From Bordetella parapertussis (GTDB taxonomy: Bacteria; Pseudomonadota; Gammaproteobacteria; Burkholderiales; SG8-39), in NCBI GenBank assembly GCA_945861875.1, contig CAMAWC010000003.1:3754-67753 (forward strand): DNA of 64,000 nt, written 5' to 3'. Shown here piece after piece: positions 1 through 9,495 of the stretch. The translations under genes and the position numbers were made by a program. The notes below the pieces were generated by a model. The model worked only from the letters and a program-made list of their open reading frames with translations, ran no database searches and was not told where the DNA came from. Position 1 is the stretch's first letter. Each line of letters opens with the position of its first letter.

Positions 1-351
1 CGGCAGCGGCAGTTTGCTGTCCATGGCCGAGGCAAAGGGGTAGACCCAGTCGGGCCAGCGCGGGTCGGCGACCCACAGCGCGCTGCCGCAATGGCTGCAA
101 AAGTGGCGGCGTCCGGTACTGGTGGTTTTGCCTTGACCTTTGCCGCTGCCGATACGCGCCCGGTAGACTGACAGGGCCGCCTTGCCCTTGACCTTGAGTG
201 TCGCCGCCTCACCCATGATATTGATGGCATAGCCGCCGCCGCCACCGGTCTTGCGGCAGATCGAGCAATAGCAGCGCATATACGGGTAGGGCGTGGTCGA
301 TTTGAGTGTAAAGGCAACCGCGCCGCAATGGCAGGATCCGCGCAACAACAT
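1..351 (-). CDS. GFA/CENP-V family Zn-binding protein (3' end outside window)
   Basis: Manual translation from ATG at 351: MLLRGSCHCGAVAF...RCYCSICRK...RHFCSHCGSALW, the CxC / CxCxxC / FCxxCG pattern of GFA proteins. Not in the ORF track. Confidence 0.85.
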   Translation of the reverse strand, partial: MLLRGSCHCGAVAFTLKSTTPYPYMRCYCSICRKTGGGGGYAINIMGEAATLKVKGKAALSVYRARIGSGKGQGKTTSTGRRHFCSHCGSALWVADPRWPDWVYPFASAMDSKLPLP

Positions 352-507
352 GGTTTGTCTCCGCGAGTGGACTCAGGCGCAATCCTAGCCTATTGCGCTG
401 CTGTCGTTGAGGGTCGTGTCGCAGTAAAATAGCGCCGCAGCGCACATTTTCCCGGTCCGGCCAAGATTCGCTCCGCCCGGACCAGATTCTTCCTGGAGAC
501 ACTTCCC

Positions 508-1479
508 ATGCATCGCCATACCGCCGCTTTGTTTTCGCTGGTCGCCGTCCTTGCCGCCTTGCCCGTGCAGGCCCAGACGCCGGCTTATCCCTCGCGACCA
601 ATCACCTTCCTGGTGCCCTTTACCCCCGGTACCGGGATGGACATGATCGCCCGCACTGTCGGTCCCAAGCTGTCGGAGCGCCTCGGCCAGCCGGTGGTGG
701 TGGAAAACAAGCCCGGCGCCAGCGGCAACATCGGCGCCGAACTGGTGGCGCGCGCCGCCCCCGACGGCTACACCGTGATGATAGGGGCCAACACCATGCT
801 GATCGCCGCCAGCCTTTACAAGAATGTCCCATTCGATCCGCTCAAGGACTTTGCGCCGGTTTCGCAGGCGGCTTATGGCACGCTGATGCTGGTGACCAAC
901 ACCAAGTCGGGCATAGAAAGCGTGCAGGACCTCATCGCCAAGTCCAAGGCCAAGCCGGGCAGCTTTACCTATGCATCGCCGGGCGTGGGCACGCCGCACC
1001 ACATGTCCATGGAATTGATGAAAGACCTTGTCGGCATCGACCTGCTGCATGTGCCCTACAAGGGAACGGCCGGCGCCATCACCGACACCCTGTCCGGCCA
1101 GATCAGCGTCATGTTCATGCCCATCCACGTCGCCATGCCGCACGTCAAGAGCGGACGGCTCAAGGCGCTGGCCGTGGGCAGTGCCAAGCGCAACGCCAGC
1201 GCGCCCGACGTGCCCACGCTCACCGAGTTGGGTATCAAGGGCGCCGATGTCGACATGTGGTATCCGGTGATGCTGCCCAAGGGCACACCCGCACCCATCG
1301 TCGCCAAGCTCAATGCCGAGATCCGCGCCATTCTCGCCATGCCCGACGTGAAGGCAAGCCTGAACGGGCAGGGCATGGATGCGACCTCCTCGACCCCCGA
1401 GGAATTGCAGGCCTTGATGCAGCGCGATTTTGCGCGCTGGGCCGCGGTGATAAAGAAAAACAATATTTCCGCCGAGTAA
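508..1479 (+). CDS. Bug/TctC tripartite tricarboxylate transporter substrate-binding protein
   Basis: Signal peptide; YPSRPITFLVPF, VENKPGASG, APDGYT, HVPYKG motifs; GGAG RBS. Confidence 0.95.
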   Translation: MHRHTAALFSLVAVLAALPVQAQTPAYPSRPITFLVPFTPGTGMDMIARTVGPKLSERLGQPVVVENKPGASGNIGAELVARAAPDGYTVMIGANTMLIAASLYKNVPFDPLKDFAPVSQAAYGTLMLVTNTKSGIESVQDLIAKSKAKPGSFTYASPGVGTPHHMSMELMKDLVGIDLLHVPYKGTAGAITDTLSGQISVMFMPIHVAMPHVKSGRLKALAVGSAKRNASAPDVPTLTELGIKGADVDMWYPVMLPKGTPAPIVAKLNAEIRAILAMPDVKASLNGQGMDATSSTPEELQALMQRDFARWAAVIKKNNISAE

Positions 1480-1502
1480 GCCAGGTAAAAAATCCTGAAT
1501 AA

Positions 1503-1590
1503 CGTCGTTCCCGCGTAAGCGGGAACCCATTTTGACTCACGTAATCGAAGCTTTAGATCAAGGTGGATTCCCGCTTACGCGGGAATGACG
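1503..1590. repeat. REP-like palindromic element, family A (GTCATTCCCGC..GCGGGAATCCA / inverted copy)
   Basis: Two inverted ~26-nt arms, each itself a hairpin; intergenic; eight related copies in the window. Confidence 0.85.
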
Positions 1591-1622
1591 ATCCTGGTCG
1601 AAGCGGCTAAAGAGGATTTTTG

Positions 1623-2837
1623 ATGTCTTTGCAATCCAAACTTCCGGTGGTTATCGCCGGTGCCGGGCCGACCGGGCTGATGGCCGCGCTGGCCCTCGCC
1701 AAACAGGGTGTCAGCGTCATCGTCTGCGAGACCGAACCGGGACTGACGCACGACTTGCGCGCCGGGTCTTTTCATCCGCCGACGCAGGAAATGATGGCGC
1801 CCTACGGCATTACCGCGCGCATGGAAAAAAGCGGCCTCAAGGTGAGCAACTGGCAGATCCGCCAGCGCCGCGGCGGCCTGGTGGCCAATTTCGACCTCGG
1901 CATGCTCGCCGATATCACGCCTTATCCGCATCGCCTGCACCTCGAGCAGCACCGCCTGACACCCATCCAGTTCGATTTGCTCAAGGAGCAGCCCACCGCA
2001 ACGGTACATTTCGGCCATGCCGTGACCGGTTTCGAGCAGCGCGGTGAAAGCGTCATGGTCTCAGTCCAGGCAAATGGAAAAAGCGAGACCATAGAAGCGG
2101 CCTGGCTGGTCGCCGCCGACGGCGGCAAGAGCGTGATTCGCAAGCAGACCGGCGTCGAGTTCGAGGGCTTTACCTGGCCGGAGCAGTTTCTGGTGGTCAG
2201 CACCGAGTACGATTTTGCGCAGCGCGGCTTTGCCATGAACGCCTATATATCCGACCCGGTGGAGTGGGCGGCGATTTTCAAGGTGCCCGACGACGGTCCG
2301 CCCGGCCTGTGGCGCATCGCCTTTCCCTGCGACACGGAAGTGCCGGACGAAGAACACCTCAAGGCCGCCAGCGTCGAGCGACGCATGCAGGGCTTTCTCG
2401 ATCGCGATGTGCCCTACGAAATACGCTACAAGAGCATCTATCGCGTGCACCAGCGCGTTGCCGACAACTGGCGCAAGGGGCGCGTGCTGCTTGCCGGTGA
2501 CGCCGCCCACCTGAACAACCCGCTCGGCGGCTTTGGCCTCAACAGCGGCATCCACGACGCCATCAACCTGGCGGAAAAACTCGGTCGGGTCTGGCGCGGC
2601 GAAGCCGACGAAACGCTGATGGACCGCTATGTGCGCCAGCGCCGCAACGCCACCATCGAGCAGGTGCAGGCGATGTCGATACGCAACAAGAAACTGCTCG
2701 AAGAGCGCGACCCTGCGGTGCAGCGCCAGCGCGTAGCCGAAATGGTGGAAATTTCGCAAGACCCGGTGCGCTGCCGCGAGCACCTGCTCAACACCTCCAT
2801 GATCAGCGGACTGCGGCGCAGCGAACAGGTGCAGTAA
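1623..2837 (+). CDS. FAD-dependent monooxygenase (MhpA/PheA-like aromatic hydroxylase family)
   Basis: GAGPTG Rossmann motif, AADGGKS (DG) motif and LAGDAAH..P.GG.GLNSGIHDA (GD) motif. Confidence 0.9.
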   Translation: MSLQSKLPVVIAGAGPTGLMAALALAKQGVSVIVCETEPGLTHDLRAGSFHPPTQEMMAPYGITARMEKSGLKVSNWQIRQRRGGLVANFDLGMLADITPYPHRLHLEQHRLTPIQFDLLKEQPTATVHFGHAVTGFEQRGESVMVSVQANGKSETIEAAWLVAADGGKSVIRKQTGVEFEGFTWPEQFLVVSTEYDFAQRGFAMNAYISDPVEWAAIFKVPDDGPPGLWRIAFPCDTEVPDEEHLKAASVERRMQGFLDRDVPYEIRYKSIYRVHQRVADNWRKGRVLLAGDAAHLNNPLGGFGLNSGIHDAINLAEKLGRVWRGEADETLMDRYVRQRRNATIEQVQAMSIRNKKLLEERDPAVQRQRVAEMVEISQDPVRCREHLLNTSMISGLRRSEQVQ

Positions 2838-2847
2838 TGAATGCCCT

Positions 2848-2922
2848 GTCATTGCGAGCGCAGCGAAGCAATCTCGTCGTAATGCTGCAAGATTGCTTCG
2901 TCGCTTCGCTCCTCGCAATGAC
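2848..2922. repeat. REP-like palindromic element, family B (GTCATTGCGAG..GAAGCAATC / inverted copy)
   Basis: Inverted arms GTCATTGCGAG...CTCGCAATGAC and GAAGCAATC/GATTGCTTC in an intergenic gap. Confidence 0.75.
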
Positions 2923-2962
2923 GGATACGTTTTTTAAGTAATCGAACTCAAGGACTTGAACC

Positions 2963-3817
2963 ATGCGCATCTGCCGCTTTAACGACAACCGCCTCGGCGT
3001 GGTAATGGACGACGGCATACACGACGTCAGCGCCGTGCTCGCCTCCATCCCGGCCGCGACCTATCCGTTCCCGAAGCACGACGCCTTGATCGCCAACCTG
3101 GCCACGCTGCGTCCATTGATGGAGGGGGCGGCCAAGGGTGCGCCGGCGATTAATCCGGATTCGGTAGAACTGCTCAGCCCGGTCGCCAATCCTGGCAAGA
3201 TTATTGCCGCGCCGGTGAACTACAAAAAACACCTTGAGGAGGCGCTCGCCGACAAGGGCATACACCACGGCAAGCTGGTGGACGAAATCCATCGCGCCGG
3301 CCTGTTTCTCAAGGCCACCAGTTCAGTGGTCGGTGCGGGGGCGGGCGTTGACCTGGTGCACACCGACCGGCGCAATGATCACGAGGTCGAACTGGCCGTG
3401 GTCATCGGCAAGACGGCAAAGAACACCAAGCTGGCCGAGGCGTTGTCGCATGTGGCGGGCTATTGCATCGGGTTGGATATCACCATACGCGGGCCTGAAG
3501 ACCGCAGTTTCCGCAAGTCGCCGGACAGCTATTGCGTGCTCGGTCCCTGGCTGGTGACTGGCGATGAGATCACCGATCCGTCGCACCTCGACCTGTCGAT
3601 CAAGGTCAACGACCAGGTCCGCCAGCAGTCCAACACGTCCGACCTGATACTCAACGTGCAGCAGCTGATCGTTTGGGCGTCGTCCTTTTACACGTTGCAT
3701 CCGGGTGACGTCATCATCACCGGCACGCCGCAAGGTGTCGGTCCGATCAAGGCCGGCGACGTGATGGATGCCCACATCCAGCGCATAGGCGCGATGCGCG
3801 TCGCGGTGCGCGGCTGA
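2963..3817 (+). CDS. Fumarylacetoacetate hydrolase family protein
   Basis: KIIAAPVNY, FLKA, DHEVELAVVIGK, LGPWLVT, TLHPGDVIITGTPQGVG motifs. Confidence 0.93.
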   Translation: MRICRFNDNRLGVVMDDGIHDVSAVLASIPAATYPFPKHDALIANLATLRPLMEGAAKGAPAINPDSVELLSPVANPGKIIAAPVNYKKHLEEALADKGIHHGKLVDEIHRAGLFLKATSSVVGAGAGVDLVHTDRRNDHEVELAVVIGKTAKNTKLAEALSHVAGYCIGLDITIRGPEDRSFRKSPDSYCVLGPWLVTGDEITDPSHLDLSIKVNDQVRQQSNTSDLILNVQQLIVWASSFYTLHPGDVIITGTPQGVGPIKAGDVMDAHIQRIGAMRVAVRG

Positions 3818-4194
3818 TCGACAAACTTCGCATCGACAAGTGGCTGTGGGCGGCGCGCTTTTACAAGACGCGCAGCCTCGCCGTGCAGGCCATAGAAGGC
3901 GGCAAGGCGCGGGTCAACGGCGAGCGCGTCAAGCCGGCGCGCGAGGTGAAGGCCGGTGACACCGTCAGCGTGCGCGTGGGCGAGCTCGAGTGGACAGTCG
4001 CGGTCCTGGGTGTGTCCGAGCGGCGCGGGCCGGCCAGCGAAGCGGCGCTGTTATATGCCGAGGGCGAGGAGAGCCGCAAAAAACGCGAACTGATGATCGC
4101 CATGCGCCGCGCCGGGCCGCAACCGGACCCCGACGCCAAGGGCAGGCCGACCAAGCGAGATCGTCGTTTGATTCATCGGTTTACCGATACCTGA
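3814..4194 (+). CDS. hslR: RNA-binding S4 domain protein, ribosome-associated heat shock protein Hsp15
   Basis: In-frame LRIDKWLWAARFYKTRS upstream of the ORF-track start; C-terminal GRPTKRDRR. Start uncertain (CTG 3814 overlapping the upstream stop). Confidence 0.85.
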   Translation: MIDKLRIDKWLWAARFYKTRSLAVQAIEGGKARVNGERVKPAREVKAGDTVSVRVGELEWTVAVLGVSERRGPASEAALLYAEGEESRKKRELMIAMRRAGPQPDPDAKGRPTKRDRRLIHRFTDT

Positions 4195-4214
4195 CGCTTC
4201 GCATTTAAGCTGTT

Positions 4215-4337
4215 GTTCACCTATGAAACGGATCGAACGGTCTCATATATAAAACGGCCCAACGGTGTTGTTGACATGCCCGGTCATCTTTGAAACACTG
4301 GCCGTTCATATAAAAACCAACGTTTTATATATAAGAC
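4215..4337 (+). promoter_or_regulatory. Putative sigma70 promoter flanked by repeated AT-rich operator boxes
   Basis: TTGACA at 4271-4276. GTCTCATATATAAAAC (4240-4255) and GTTTTATATATAAGAC (4322-4337) are reverse complements at 15/16 positions; related boxes at 4215 and 4304. Confidence 0.5.
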
Positions 4338-4435
4338 AGCGCTTGTCGAGTGATGCGTAAAGCAGTTGCCGGTTCGCGAAACCGCCCCATGCAGTAACGC
4401 CGCAATCACTCTGTTTGCGAACTATGGAGCAAGGC

Positions 4436-6805
4436 ATGGCGGACAACCCGACCGGTTCATCGCTGATAGGCAAGCCGATTCGTCGCGTCGAGGACGACCG
4501 GCTGTTGCGCGGCATGGGACAGTACCTTGCCGACCTCAGCCCGGCAGGGACCTTGCACGCGGTGTTCGTGCGCAGCCCGCATGCCCACGCAAAGATAAGC
4601 CGCATTGATACCGCCGCGGCGCGCGCGCTGCCTGGCGTGGTGGCGGTGTTCACTTCTGCCGATACTGCGGACAGGACGGAACCGATTTGCGTTTCCGGCG
4701 AAGTACATACGCCGGAGCGCCTGCAGCGCGAGTTAAAGCCGCTGGACCGCCTGCAGCCCATTCCGCTGTTCCCGCCAGAACGCGTTACTTATGTCGGGCA
4801 TCCGGTGGCGATGATCGTTGCCGAAAGCCGCATCACGGCCCTCGATGCGTTGGAACTGGTGGAGGTCGATTACGACAACCTGCCGGTGGTGACCGACCCG
4901 GTCGAGGCGCTCAAGCCCGATGCGCCGTTGATCGAACCGTCGTGGAAGTCCAATCTCGCCTTGTCGGTGGCCACCGGCAAGGGTGATCCGGATGCGGCGT
5001 TTGCCGCTGCAGCGGTGGTGGTGGAGGAGGAGTTTCGCACCCACCGCTATGTTGCCTCGCCGCTGGAAACGCGCGGCATCCTCACGGTGGTCGAGCCGTT
5101 CAGCGGCGCGCTGACGGTGTGGGCGAGCACGCAGACGCCGCATGTGCTGCAGACCATCCTGGCAAGCACGCTGCGCATGCCCACCGAGCGCATTCGCGTG
5201 GTCGCCTGCGACGTCGGCGGCGGCTTCGGACAAAAAGGCATACAGACCGTGGAGGACGCGCTGGTGCCGTTCGCGGCGCGCGAACTCGGCCGTCCGGTGC
5301 GCTGGGTCGAGGAACGCGGCGAGAACCTCACCGCGGCGGCGCATGCGCGCGATCAAGTGCATCGCATTTCCATGGCCGCCGACAAGGACGGCAACATCCT
5401 CGCGCTGCGCGACGATGTGATTGTCAATTTCGGCGCCTATAACGTCATCGGGCTGGTGGTGCCCTACAACACGCTGTCGCACCTGCTCGGCGCCTACCAT
5501 GTGCCCAACGCGCACATCTCGGTACGGGCGGTGCTGACCAACACCTGCTTTACCACACCGTATCGCGGCGCCGGCCGGCCCGAAGCGGTGTTTGCGATGG
5601 AACGCATCATCGACCGCCTGGCCGCGAAGCTGGACATGGATCCGGCCGATGTGCGTGCGCGCAACCTGGTGCCGGCGGAGGCCATGCCTTACGACACCGG
5701 CTTGCTCTACCGCGACGGCAACCCGCAGGTCTATGACTCGGGTAATTTCCCCGAACTGCTGCGCCGCGCGCGCGCACTGGTCAAGCTCGACGATATCCGC
5801 GCCCGGCAAAAAACCGCGAACAAGTCCGGGCCGTTGATAGGCGTGGGTTTCGCCTTGTATGTCGAGGGTTCGGGCATGGGGCCGTTCGAGGGCGCGGTGG
5901 TGCGCGTGCTGCCCTCCGGAAGGGTACAGGTGGCCACCGGCGCCTGCAGCCAGGGGCAGGGCCATCGCACCGTGTACGCGCAAATCACCGCCGATGCGCT
6001 GGGCGTGCCGTTTGAATCGGTTGATGTCATCGGCGGCGATACCGCGACCATCGCTTACGGCATCGGCACCATCGCCAGCCGCAGCACTGTTACTGCGGGC
6101 AACGCCATCCACCAAGCGTCACTAAAGGTGAAAGATCGCGCCTTGTCGATTGCCTCCGGCCTGATGGAGACGGCTGTACCCGACCTGGAGATCGTCGGCG
6201 GACAGGTTCGCACCAAAGGGATTCCCGAACGCGCCATGTCCATGGCGCAGGTTTCGCAGGCGGCGCTAAAGGCCGTGCTCAAACAGGGCGCACCCGGCGA
6301 CGGGTTGTTGTCTGACACCGCCTACTTCGTGCCGCCGACAGTGACCTACTCGAGCGCCGCGCATGCGGTGGTCGTCAGCATCGATCCGGATACCGGCGTG
6401 GTGAAACTCGAACGTTACGTTGTCGTGCACGACTGCGGTCGCGTGGTCAATCCGCTGCTCGCCGATGCGCAGGTGGTCGGCGGCATCATGCAGGGCATAG
6501 GCGGCATTTTGCGCGAGGAACTTGTTTACGACGAAGCCGGCCAGCCGCTGACGGGCAGCTTCATGGATTACGCCATGCCTATCGCCTCGGACATGCCGCC
6601 GATTGAGCTTGACCACATCGAGAGCCTTTCGACGCGCAACCCGCTTGGCGTAAAAGGGCTGGGCGAGGGCGGTGCCATCGGCCCGCCTGCGGCGATTGCC
6701 AACGCCGTCGAGGATGCGCTAAAGCCTTTTGGCATCGTCATTCGCCGCGGGCCGCTCAGCTCGGCGCGCATCCACCGCCTGCTGTCCGAGGCGCGGCAAA
6801 CCTAA
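4436..6805 (+). CDS. Xanthine dehydrogenase family molybdopterin-binding subunit (CoxL/CutL-like, not form I CODH)
   Basis: RRVEDDRLLRG, VRSPHAHA, VGGGFGQK, PYRGAGRPE, SQGQGH, GVKGLGEGG motifs; GGAG RBS before ATG 4436. Confidence 0.92.
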   Translation: MADNPTGSSLIGKPIRRVEDDRLLRGMGQYLADLSPAGTLHAVFVRSPHAHAKISRIDTAAARALPGVVAVFTSADTADRTEPICVSGEVHTPERLQRELKPLDRLQPIPLFPPERVTYVGHPVAMIVAESRITALDALELVEVDYDNLPVVTDPVEALKPDAPLIEPSWKSNLALSVATGKGDPDAAFAAAAVVVEEEFRTHRYVASPLETRGILTVVEPFSGALTVWASTQTPHVLQTILASTLRMPTERIRVVACDVGGGFGQKGIQTVEDALVPFAARELGRPVRWVEERGENLTAAAHARDQVHRISMAADKDGNILALRDDVIVNFGAYNVIGLVVPYNTLSHLLGAYHVPNAHISVRAVLTNTCFTTPYRGAGRPEAVFAMERIIDRLAAKLDMDPADVRARNLVPAEAMPYDTGLLYRDGNPQVYDSGNFPELLRRARALVKLDDIRARQKTANKSGPLIGVGFALYVEGSGMGPFEGAVVRVLPSGRVQVATGACSQGQGHRTVYAQITADALGVPFESVDVIGGDTATIAYGIGTIASRSTVTAGNAIHQASLKVKDRALSIASGLMETAVPDLEIVGGQVRTKGIPERAMSMAQVSQAALKAVLKQGAPGDGLLSDTAYFVPPTVTYSSAAHAVVVSIDPDTGVVKLERYVVVHDCGRVVNPLLADAQVVGGIMQGIGGILREELVYDEAGQPLTGSFMDYAMPIASDMPPIELDHIESLSTRNPLGVKGLGEGGAIGPPAAIANAVEDALKPFGIVIRRGPLSSARIHRLLSEARQT

Positions 6806-6831
6806 TCTTGCAGTCCAACCAGGGAGTCATC

Positions 6832-7812
6832 ATGAAAAAACTTGCTTGTTCCGTAGTCGCCGTATTCGGTCTGCTGGCCTTGAGCCTGGGACCCGCCGTC
6901 GCGCAGCAGTGGCCGTCCAAGCCGGTCAGGATCATCGTGTCCTATCCGGCCGGCGGCCCGGTCGACCTCCTCGCCCGCAATCTGGCCGTCGGCCTGCAGC
7001 AATTGTGGAACGGCACGCCTGTACTGGTCGAGAACAAGCCGGGCGCCAATGCCATTATCGGCACCGACTACGTCGCCAAGCAGCCGGCCGACGGGTATAC
7101 GCTGCTGTTCGCCAATGATCCGTCGCTTTCGTCTAACCAGTACCTCTACAACAAGCTGCCCTACGACCCGGTCAAGGACCTCGTTCCGGTGGTCAACGTG
7201 GCGAGTACGACGCTGATCCTGGTGACCAACGCGTCGGTGCCGGCCAAGAACCTGACCGAACTGATTGCGCTGGCCAAGCAAAAGCCCGGGGTGCTCTCCT
7301 ACGGCAGCTTCGGTCCGGGCAGCGTAGTCCACCTGGACATGGAAGCCTTTGCATCGGCGGTCGGCATCAAGCTGCTGCACGTGCCTTTCAAGGGAACGGC
7401 GGATGTGATGCAGGCGCTTGCCGGCGGGCAGATCGACATGGCCTTCGCCGCCATCGGACCGGCGGTACCGCAGATCAAGGCCGGCAAGATGCGCGGCCTC
7501 GGCGTGGCAAGCCTGCAACGCCAGCCGCTGGTGCCCGATGTGCCGACGTTCAGCGAAGCCGGCGTGCCGAATTTTGAGGCGCGCTCCTGGTTCGGTATTG
7601 CCGCTCCGGCCGGCACTCCGCGTCCCATCATCGATCGCATCGCCGCCGACGTGTTGCGCGTCGTCCAGACGCCCGATTATCGCAAGCGCGTGGTGCTGGA
7701 TCTTGGTCTTGATCCCTTCGAAATGGGCCCGGACCAGTTTGCCGCCTTTCTCGTCAAGGATCGCGCCAAGTACGAGCAGCGCATCAAGAACGCCAACGTC
7801 AAGCTTGACTGA
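6832..7812 (+). CDS. Bug/TctC substrate-binding protein
   Basis: WPSKPVRIIV, ENKPGA, ADGYT, HVPFKG motifs; signal peptide. Confidence 0.95.
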   Translation: MKKLACSVVAVFGLLALSLGPAVAQQWPSKPVRIIVSYPAGGPVDLLARNLAVGLQQLWNGTPVLVENKPGANAIIGTDYVAKQPADGYTLLFANDPSLSSNQYLYNKLPYDPVKDLVPVVNVASTTLILVTNASVPAKNLTELIALAKQKPGVLSYGSFGPGSVVHLDMEAFASAVGIKLLHVPFKGTADVMQALAGGQIDMAFAAIGPAVPQIKAGKMRGLGVASLQRQPLVPDVPTFSEAGVPNFEARSWFGIAAPAGTPRPIIDRIAADVLRVVQTPDYRKRVVLDLGLDPFEMGPDQFAAFLVKDRAKYEQRIKNANVKLD

Positions 7813-7840
7813 ACTTTTCGCCGCGGCGGAGTTGCCAAAA

Positions 7841-7866
7841 AAATCGCCACCCGCAGGTGGCGATTT
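7841..7866. terminator. Hairpin between convergent genes, probable intrinsic terminator
   Basis: AAATCGCCACC-CGCA-GGTGGCGATTT perfect stem with an adjacent A tract. Confidence 0.6.
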
Positions 7867-7888
7867 GCATTGTGACACGCACCGCGGC

Positions 7889-8953
7889 TCAGGTGGCGCC
7901 GTGCGCCTCCACATACAGTGCGTACAGCGAGTGGCTGCTGGTCATGTACAAGCGGTTGTTTTTCGGGCCGCCAAAAGTGAGGTTGGCGCAGCGCTCGGGC
8001 AGGCGGATATGGCTTATGGCCTTGCCCTGCGGGTTGAACACCATCACGCCATCGAGCTCTTCGGCTTTGGCCGTCGGTGAGCCGTTGCTGCCCCAGCCGC
8101 ACCACAGGTTACCGTCGGTATCGACCCTGAAGCCATCAAGCGCCCCCGGGCCGTTGGCGTCTATGACCTTGGTCTTGCCCGACAGGCTGCCGTCGGCGGC
8201 GACGTCGTAGCCCCAGATGCTGCGGTTGGGCGTGCCGCGCCATTCGACGACGTAAAGCTTTTTCTCGTCTGGTGAGAAGGCGAGGCCGTTGGGGTTGAGC
8301 AGGTCGGTGATCATGGCGCTGATTTTGCCGTCGCTGCCGATGCGGTAGACGTTGGTGGTGGCCTGCTCAGGCTTGGCGCGCGAACCTTCCCATTCGCCGT
8401 TGATGCCGAAGATCGGGTCGGTGAACCAGATCGAGTCGTCTGACTTGACGACGATGTCGTTGGGCGCGTTAAGTTTTTTCCCCTCGAAGCTGTCGGCTAG
8501 TACGGTGATCTTGCCGTTGTGCTCGGTGCGTGTGACGCGGCGCGTCACCGAATGCTCGCAGGTAACGAGGCGCCCCTGGCGGTCGCGTGTATTGCCGTTG
8601 GCGTAGTTGGCATTCTCGCGAAACACGCTGAAGGCGCCGTTGGTCTCGTCGTATTTCATGATGCGGTTGTTCGGGATGTCGCTCATCAGCAGGTAACGCC
8701 CGGCGGGGAAGTACACCGGGCCCTCGGCCCAGCGCATGCCGCTGGCAAGCTGCTCGACGCTGCTGCTGTAGATGCGGTACTTTGCAAAGCTCGGGTCGAG
8801 GATTTGCACCGAGGCGTCGGGGTAGCGCTGGTTGGGTTTGAAGCTGAATGATTGCGCATTGGCGAGGCCGCTCGCGCCACCGAGCGCGGCGATGCTGCCG
8901 CCTGCGGCCAGCTTGATGAAATCACGCCTGCGTTTGATTGTGTCTTCCTGCAT
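7889..8953 (-). CDS. SMP-30/gluconolactonase family protein with Tat signal
   Basis: RRDFIK twin-arginine leader; WAEGPVY, SDIPNNRI, LNAPND, PNGLAFSPD, DGFRVD motifs; GGAGAG RBS before ATG 8953. Confidence 0.92.
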   Translation of the reverse strand: MQEDTIKRRRDFIKLAAGGSIAALGGASGLANAQSFSFKPNQRYPDASVQILDPSFAKYRIYSSSVEQLASGMRWAEGPVYFPAGRYLLMSDIPNNRIMKYDETNGAFSVFRENANYANGNTRDRQGRLVTCEHSVTRRVTRTEHNGKITVLADSFEGKKLNAPNDIVVKSDDSIWFTDPIFGINGEWEGSRAKPEQATTNVYRIGSDGKISAMITDLLNPNGLAFSPDEKKLYVVEWRGTPNRSIWGYDVAADGSLSGKTKVIDANGPGALDGFRVDTDGNLWCGWGSNGSPTAKAEELDGVMVFNPQGKAISHIRLPERCANLTFGGPKNNRLYMTSSHSLYALYVEAHGAT

Positions 8954-9186
8954 GTCTCTCTCCTTGGATGGATCGTCGTTTTGGTTTTTAGTTATGGGTA
9001 AGACCAGCTGACAGCCCGAATATTCTAATGGCCATTGCGCGCCCATGCGCTTGCGCCAGCGGTGTTTGCGAAAATTTATTTCGCTTTTGCCGCTGGAGAT
9101 GAGACGTCGTACGACTGCACAAGTCATCTCCGGCGCACGGAACTCGCGTTTGCGTCGCGCCGGATTACGCAAAGTTTGCGTGAAAG

Positions 9187-9344
9187 TCAGTTGACGGAAA
9201 CCGTATCGTCCTTGGGTTGTGGCGCCGGCGGCGCGCTCTGGGCGTGGGCATCGGGCAAGAGATGCTCGATCAGCGGTGAGGCAACGAGGCCTGCGCAACG
9301 GCCAGTGAGACGGCGAGGGTGACGGCGCTTGTGGAATGGCGCAT
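9187..9344 (-). pseudogene. Possible frameshifted small secreted protein or gene remnant
   Basis: ATG to TGA spans 158 nt, one base short of 53 codons. Restoring one base gives MRHSTSAVTLAVSLAV.AGLVASPLIEHLLPDAHAQSAPPAPQPKDDTVSVN, which resembles a signal peptide. Confidence 0.3.
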
Positions 9345-9495
9345 GCGGGGTCTTCGCTGTTTAGTGGATGGCGTTGGGTACGCGTCGTCTACGGCATGCG
9401 CGTGCTAAGCCGGGGCAGAGTGATTTGTGCAATCGCCTGGAAACGACCGACTGGTGCGGCTTTCCAGCGTATTGCCGCCTTTTTGCCGTGGCGAT

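Noticed and set aside
4436-6805. Aerobic CO dehydrogenase (form I coxL)
   Set aside because: Active-site loop is PYRGAGR rather than AYxCSFR, and coxM, coxS and accessory genes are absent.
7889-9298. 469-aa ORF-track version of the gluconolactonase
   Set aside because: The RBS and Tat leader point to ATG 8953; the extension has no protein-like features.
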